This document shows, piece after piece, positions 16,967-21,826 of a DNA stretch of 21,826 nucleotides. The position numbers and the translations under genes are program-made. Origin of the DNA: a virus (lineage: Duplodnaviria; Heunggongvirae; Uroviricota; Caudoviricetes); IMG/VR virus record IMGVR_UViG_2541047848_000001. One strand, given 5' to 3'. The stretch's first letter is position 1. Each line of letters starts with the position of its first letter. The notes beneath the pieces are model-generated. The model was not told where the DNA came from. It did no database searches and saw only the letters and a program-made list of their open reading frames with translations.

Positions 16967-17355
16967 AGTTTACTGAAATCAGAAATACGGTTATTTCCAG
17001 AATGACGGCACAGACGATTATTGATGGAAAAGACGTATTGTATCCGAACGGGCCAACGTTCGATCCTTCCGGTAAGTTAATCTGGGCGCGGTTAAGTAAT
17101 ATTCCCGGGCAGGCTGGAGTTAATGAAATTGGCGCGGGGCCGGTTGTTTATCGCACGGGGATAATCATTATTCAGTTATTTGTCCCCGCAGGTTCTGGTT
17201 CAAAACTCATTACTGAGACAGCCGATAAATTGCGGGAACTGTTTGAGTTTCAGGATGACGATCGTCTCAGTTACCAGGCTGTTTCCTCAATAGCCGTCGG
17301 CGAAAAGAATGGCTGGTTCCAGCTTAATCTTCAAATTCCATATCACGCGCTCTAG
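16963..17355 (+). CDS. tail completion / tail terminator protein (by position)
   Basis: 130 aa. Overlapping start (ATGA). Directly precedes the major tail gene. Confidence 0.45.
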   Translation: MKFTEIRNTVISRMTAQTIIDGKDVLYPNGPTFDPSGKLIWARLSNIPGQAGVNEIGAGPVVYRTGIIIIQLFVPAGSGSKLITETADKLRELFEFQDDDRLSYQAVSSIAVGEKNGWFQLNLQIPYHAL

Positions 17356-17381
17356 CGCAATTAATGACATAGGAGGCTCCT

Positions 17382-18344
17382 GTGAGTTCAGGTGCAAAGG
17401 TTATCTCGGCATTTATCCGGGAGACAGTTGCAGGCACTACGCCAGCAAGTGGTGACTGGAGTTTATTAAAACGCACAAGCTGGGGAGTAAAACCCACCCA
17501 GAATAAAGGCGAAAATAATGAGATTGGTGGCTCCCGGATGGCTCAGGGGGCGACGCCTGGCACTGTGGATGTCGGCGGTGATGTTGGTACCAAATTTCGC
17601 TGGGGTCAACATGATGATTTTCTTGCATCCTGTTTCGGCGCGGAATGGTCAGGCGATTCTCTGACAATGGGGAATGAGCGAATAACATTTTCTCTGGCGA
17701 CCTATGCGTCCGATGTCGGAATTGCCTCTGTCGTCAGAGGAGCGCAGGTTGGCTCATGGAAAATGCAGATCCCTAACGACGGCGATATTACAGCGACCGT
17801 AACCTTTGCCGGGCTGGGCTGGGAATCAAAGGCCGATGATACGAATTTTATCAAAGGCGAACCTGTGGATAGTGCAGGAAAGTTACGCTATTCGTTTAAG
17901 GCGGTTTCAGCAGTAAGCCTGAATGGTGTTGCCGGAGGTAACGGTTTTTGTATCGACAGTTTTGATATTCAGTTCGATAACAAACTCCAGACACAGCGTT
18001 GTATCGGGACTGGCTCGCCTTATGCAGGAGCAAATATTCCGACTACTTTTACACCGTCCGGTACGGTGACGCTTTCATGGTCTAAAGCCGCGTGGGAAAT
18101 CTGGAGTAAAACACTGACTGGAGAAACAGTTCCGTTCAGCTTCACGCTTTCGAATGGAGAGGGGGCATACACTTTCAGTTTCCCGAAGGTTCAGGTGTCA
18201 GGTGAATGGCCTGATGGGGGTAATACTGACATTATCCAGGTTCAATTGAGCATTACCGCAGCAGATGAAGCACCTACGATAACCAGAAAAAAATGCTCCC
18301 CGACTGCCGTGATCGCAAAAGCCAGTGCTGATGCGATTAGTTGA
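17382..18344 (+). CDS. major tail (tube) protein
   Basis: 320 aa, GTG start with SD AGGAGG 5 nt upstream. Immediately upstream of the G/GT chaperone and tape measure genes. Confidence 0.7.
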   Translation: MSSGAKVISAFIRETVAGTTPASGDWSLLKRTSWGVKPTQNKGENNEIGGSRMAQGATPGTVDVGGDVGTKFRWGQHDDFLASCFGAEWSGDSLTMGNERITFSLATYASDVGIASVVRGAQVGSWKMQIPNDGDITATVTFAGLGWESKADDTNFIKGEPVDSAGKLRYSFKAVSAVSLNGVAGGNGFCIDSFDIQFDNKLQTQRCIGTGSPYAGANIPTTFTPSGTVTLSWSKAAWEIWSKTLTGETVPFSFTLSNGEGAYTFSFPKVQVSGEWPDGGNTDIIQVQLSITAADEAPTITRKKCSPTAVIAKASADAIS

Positions 18345-18356
18345 TTTTCCGTTATT

Positions 18357-18383
18357 CCCCCTGTGGTACTGCACTACAGGGGG
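18357..18383 (+). other. perfect 11-bp-stem hairpin without a U-tract between major tail and chaperone genes
   Basis: CCCCCTGTGGT / loop ACTGC / ACTACAGGGGG, one G-U pair; followed by ACGCATTGAATG rather than a T-run. Confidence 0.5.
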
Positions 18384-18392
18384 ACGCATTGA

Positions 18393-18854
18393 ATGAGGTT
18401 ATGGATGTTTATTCTTAATCAGAAAATTATCATCGGTGGAGAACGCTGGTTTACGCCAATGAAGGACTTAAAACCTGTAGACGGGTTAAAACTGTTGGTG
18501 GCAAGCAGCGATAACGATCAGTATCGCTCCCGTAATGCATTAATCCGTCGTCACATTGAGAAAATGGATGCCAGTTTGCACGTCGGAACGAAGGAGTTTG
18601 ATATTTCAAAGGTTTCCGAGGTAGATTCTGTTGATGATTTACTCATTGATAATGCTGCTCGTTATCTGCTGAAAGACTGGAAAGGGGTTGGTGAACTGGT
18701 TAATGGTGCTGAGGTTGCACTGGAATATACGCCAGAACGAGGGATCGCGCTGCTTAAGCAGAATCCAGAGTTGTACTGGCAGATCCTTGCAGAAGCAGCC
18801 AGCATCGCCCAGGGTAAAGAGCAGCAGAAGCAGGATACGATAAAAAAGCCATAG
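18393..18854 (+). CDS. tail assembly chaperone (gpG-like), zero-frame product
   Basis: Acidic protein just upstream of the tape measure gene, ending ...QDTIKKP-TAG. True start uncertain; ATG 18460 (MKDLKPVDG...) is an alternative. Confidence 0.65.
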   Translation: MRLWMFILNQKIIIGGERWFTPMKDLKPVDGLKLLVASSDNDQYRSRNALIRRHIEKMDASLHVGTKEFDISKVSEVDSVDDLLIDNAARYLLKDWKGVGELVNGAEVALEYTPERGIALLKQNPELYWQILAEAASIAQGKEQQKQDTIKKP

Positions 18855-19162
18855 CCGCCCAGCGGTGGTTATCGGAGTTCGGGGGAGAAAGGGGGGAAAA
18901 GGCAAGATGGAAGCGAGAAAAACTCAGGTTGCCACCGATACCGGAACCAGAAATAGACCCGGTGCTTAAGGAATTGTTGTACGCCTATTCGGTAATATCC
19001 CGTGCCCGACGTTATGCTGGAATGACCGGGGTGCCTTTGCCTTTATCTCTGACAGAGATAAATGAATATTTAGCCACTCATCCGGTATTGATTGAGCGCG
19101 ATGAATTTGAAGCAGTGATCTTTGCACTGGATGACCAGTATTTTCAGGAGCAGTGTGTGTAG
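18393..19162 (+). CDS. tail assembly chaperone gpGT-like fusion made by -1 programmed frameshift at A-AAA-AAG (18842-18848)
   Basis: The -1 frame is open from 18818 to 19162. The slippery heptamer A AAA AAG sits 4 nt before the zero-frame stop. The ORF-track 18929 ORF is the downstream part of this frame. Confidence 0.6.
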
Positions 19163-19282
19163 TTGTTAATTACGTACACTCTGTTACAGAGATGTGATGG
19201 TGTCTTTAATTAAATCGATGATGCTCCTGGAGAAAAGCATTGCGTGGCCTCGTAATCGCTATATCTACTATTATGTCGCCTG

Positions 19283-19309
19283 AAACCCACTTCGCGGTGG
19301 GTTTTTTGT
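19283..19309 (+). terminator. intrinsic terminator between the chaperone and tape measure genes
   Basis: AAACCCAC / TTCGCG / GTGGGTTT followed by TTTTTTG. Confidence 0.55.
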
Positions 19310-19327
19310 TGTCAGGAGTTTTAATAA

Positions 19328-21760
19328 ATGGCAGAGCAAACCTCGCGTCTCGCAATAATTATTGATAGCACTGGAGCGAAAAATAATGCTGACAATCTGA
19401 CCTCCTCATTAGTCAAAATGACGCAGGCTGGGGAAACTGCTGCAAATAGCGCAGGGAAAGTGACTAAGGCAACAGAAGATGAGAAGAACGCGCTCGCAAA
19501 ATTAAAAGCAGCTATTGATCCAGTTGGTGCCGCAATTGATACTGTCGGTCGACGCTATTCTGAATTAAAGAAATTTTTCGATAAAGGGCTTATTGATAAA
19601 GAAGAATATGAATTTCTTGTCCGTAAACTTAATGAAACCACAGAGGAATTGAGCGGGGTTGCGCAAGCGCAGAGAGAAGCCGAGAAGGCCGGAAAACTTG
19701 CTGCCGCCCAGCAGGAAGCGCAGGCTCAGGCCTTTCAAAGAATGCTGGACAAGATCGACCCTCTGGCTGCGGCGCTAAGAAATCTTGAACAACAGCATGA
19801 TGAACTTAATGCTGCGTTTGCATCCGGGAAAATAAATGGTTCTCAGTTTGAGAATTATAGCCGAAAAATACAGGAAACACGGCGAGAGCTTACCGGAGAG
19901 GCTCAGGCAGAGCGAGAAGCAGCAAAAGCGCATGATGAACAGGTTGTTGCTTTGCAACGTCTGATTGCTCAACTTGATCCTGTCGGAACTGCTTTTAATC
20001 GTCTGGTAGAACAACAGAAACAGCTCAATGAAGCAAAAGCTAAGGGGATGCTTTCTCCTGAAATGTATGAGGAGCTTTCTGGAAAACTTCGTGCTATGCG
20101 GAGTGAGCTTGAGGTTACTCAATCACAATTAAGCAAAACCGGAATGTCGGCAAAACAAACGGCTTTTGCTATGCGCATGTTGCCTGCACAAATGACGGAT
20201 ATTGTTGTTGGGTTGTCCACTGGTCAGTCGCCATTTATGGTGTTAATGCAGCAGGGCGGCCAGCTAAAAGATATGTTCGGTGGGATTGGCCCGGCGATCA
20301 AAGGTGTAGGTTCTTATGTGCTGGGATTAATTAATCCTTTTACCCTGGCCGCAGCAGCCGTTGGGGTCTTAGGACTGGCTTACTATAAAGGCTCTCAGGA
20401 GCAGGACGAATTTAATAAATCTCTTATTCTTACCGGAAATCAGTTGGGGACAACCAGCGGGCAATTGGGCGATATAGCTCAACGTGCCGGGAATGCGGCT
20501 GATTCGACAACTGGTGCTGCGGCGGCAGTATTAAATCAGCTTGTGCGTTCGGGAAAGGTAGCGAGCAGTTCGCTGGAGCAAGTGACGACAGCGATAGTAA
20601 AAACGAGCGAAGTAACAGGAATATCAACCGAACAACTGGTTAATGACTTCAATGAAATTGCAAAGGATCCTGTCAGTGCCATATCAAAACTTAATGATCA
20701 GTACCATTTTCTGACACTTGCGACTTATAACCAGATTAAGGCGCTACAGGATGAAGGGAACCAGCAGGAGGCCGCCCGCATTGCGACAGAAGAATACTCA
20801 TCCTCAATGATCCAGCGCACCAACCAGATTAAAGAAAATCTTGGTTATCTTGAGACTGCATGGAAAGCTGTCGCAGACTCCGCAAAATGGGCATGGGATT
20901 CCATGCTGGATATTGGCCGTGAGGCCTCCCTTGATCAAAAAATCTCAGATGTTCTCCGTCAAATTGATGAAATAGAAAAAAATACCCGACCCGGAGTTTT
21001 CGGGTTAGGTGGCATTGGAGATGGCGGAGCTCAAAATAAAAGGCTGGCACGATTAAAGCAGCAATTGGGCGTACTTCAAGCAGAAAAAATTGCTCAGGAC
21101 GTACTAAATTCATCAATAAACGATTACAACAAGCGACAACAGGAAGGAATTGAACTCAGACAGAGAGCAGATGCCTTTTCAAAACAATATCAGACCCGGG
21201 AGCAGCAGAGAGCTAGTGAACTTGCAAAACTGGAAAAGCTAAAGAATCAGTATTCAAAGGAAGAATATAATAATCTTATCGCTCAAATAAATGAGCGTTA
21301 TAAAGATCCAAAGCAACCAAAGGCGAAAGGTTATTCTGATGATGCAGCCCAACGAATGATTGATCATCTGAATCAACAGAATGCGTTACTAAGTTCACAA
21401 GCTGAGTTGACCGTTAAATTAAGTTCCTCTGAACAGGAACTGGTTAAGTGGCGTCAGCGGATTGCCGACCTAGAGTCACGACCATCATCGAAATTAACCC
21501 AGGATCAGAAATCGCTTCTCTTACACCGGGAAGAAATAACCGCGTTGATGGAGAAAAATGTTGCGATTGAAAAGAATAACAGGCTAATCAAGGAATCCGC
21601 CGAAATAACAGCATGGCGTGATTCATTGCAGGCTTCGATTGATAATCGTCAGCAGGGGTATGATATTCAGATTGCTGGTTATGGGGTTGGCGATAAAAAT
21701 CAGCAACGCCAGCAGGAATTACTGCGGATTGAAGGTGATGCTGCCAACTTACTGATTTAG
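19328..21760 (+). CDS. tail tape measure protein; 3' end disrupted by IS1 (last 8 codons and the stop are IS1-derived)
   Basis: SD AGGAG upstream. Long coiled-coil N-terminal region with tandem repeats, then a hydrophobic Gly-rich segment ([31 protein letters not shown]...) typical of tape measure proteins. The ORF continues into the IS1 left end at 21734 and stops at the TAG inside the IS1 terminal repeat. Confidence 0.75.
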
Positions 21761-21826
21761 TGTATGATGGTGTTTTTGAGGTGCTCCAGTGGCTTCTGTT
21801 TCTATCAGCTGTCCCTCCTGTTCAGC
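21734..21826 (+). mobile_element. IS1 left end (IRL GGTGATGCTGCCAACTTACTGAT...), truncated by the window edge
   Basis: Sequence from 21734 to the window end matches the IS1 left terminus and the start of insA as I recall them, including ...GTGCTCCAGTGGCTTCTGTTTCTATCAGCTGTCCCTCCTGTTCAGC. Confidence 0.85.
21789..21826 (+). CDS. insA: IS1 transposase InsA, N-terminal codons (3' end outside window)
   Basis: GTG 21789 followed by codons for ASVSISCPSCSA, the InsA N-terminus. Confidence 0.7.
   Translation, partial: MASVSISCPSCS

Noticed and set aside
1-21826. tRNA or other structured RNA genes
   Set aside because: No region with the conserved tRNA elements (for example a GTTCRANYC T-arm in an appropriate ~75-nt context) was evident by eye; cannot be fully excluded without tRNAscan-SE.

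Overview
This window reads as a mosaic lambdoid prophage from an enterobacterium (E. coli-like), almost entirely on the + strand. In order: the tail of a nin region (rusA 3' fragment, ylcG-like, Q antiterminator); a roughly 3 kb AT-rich cargo island between Q and the lysis genes (minus-strand Blc-like lipocalin lipoprotein, a DUF523/DUF1722 YbgA/TudS-like protein, an AppY/EnvY-like AraC regulator); a phage-21-type lysis cassette (dual-start holin, SAR endolysin, Rz with embedded Rz1); a TrkG/TrkH potassium-uptake gene as in Rac; a translationally coupled ParB-like gene plus a DxD transferase-like gene; then packaging, head and tail genes (putative TerS, TerL, portal, MuF-like, scaffold, P22-like coat, connector proteins, major tail, G/GT chaperone with an A-AAA-AAG -1 frameshift site, tape measure). 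The tape measure ORF runs into the left inverted repeat of IS1 at 21734, so the prophage is probably tail-defective. No rRNA, tRNA or CRISPR array was seen. The most plausible places for an uncharacterised system are the ParB-like/DxD-transferase pair and the Q-to-holin cargo island. All family assignments come from reading the translations and from memory of these families; no database search was run.
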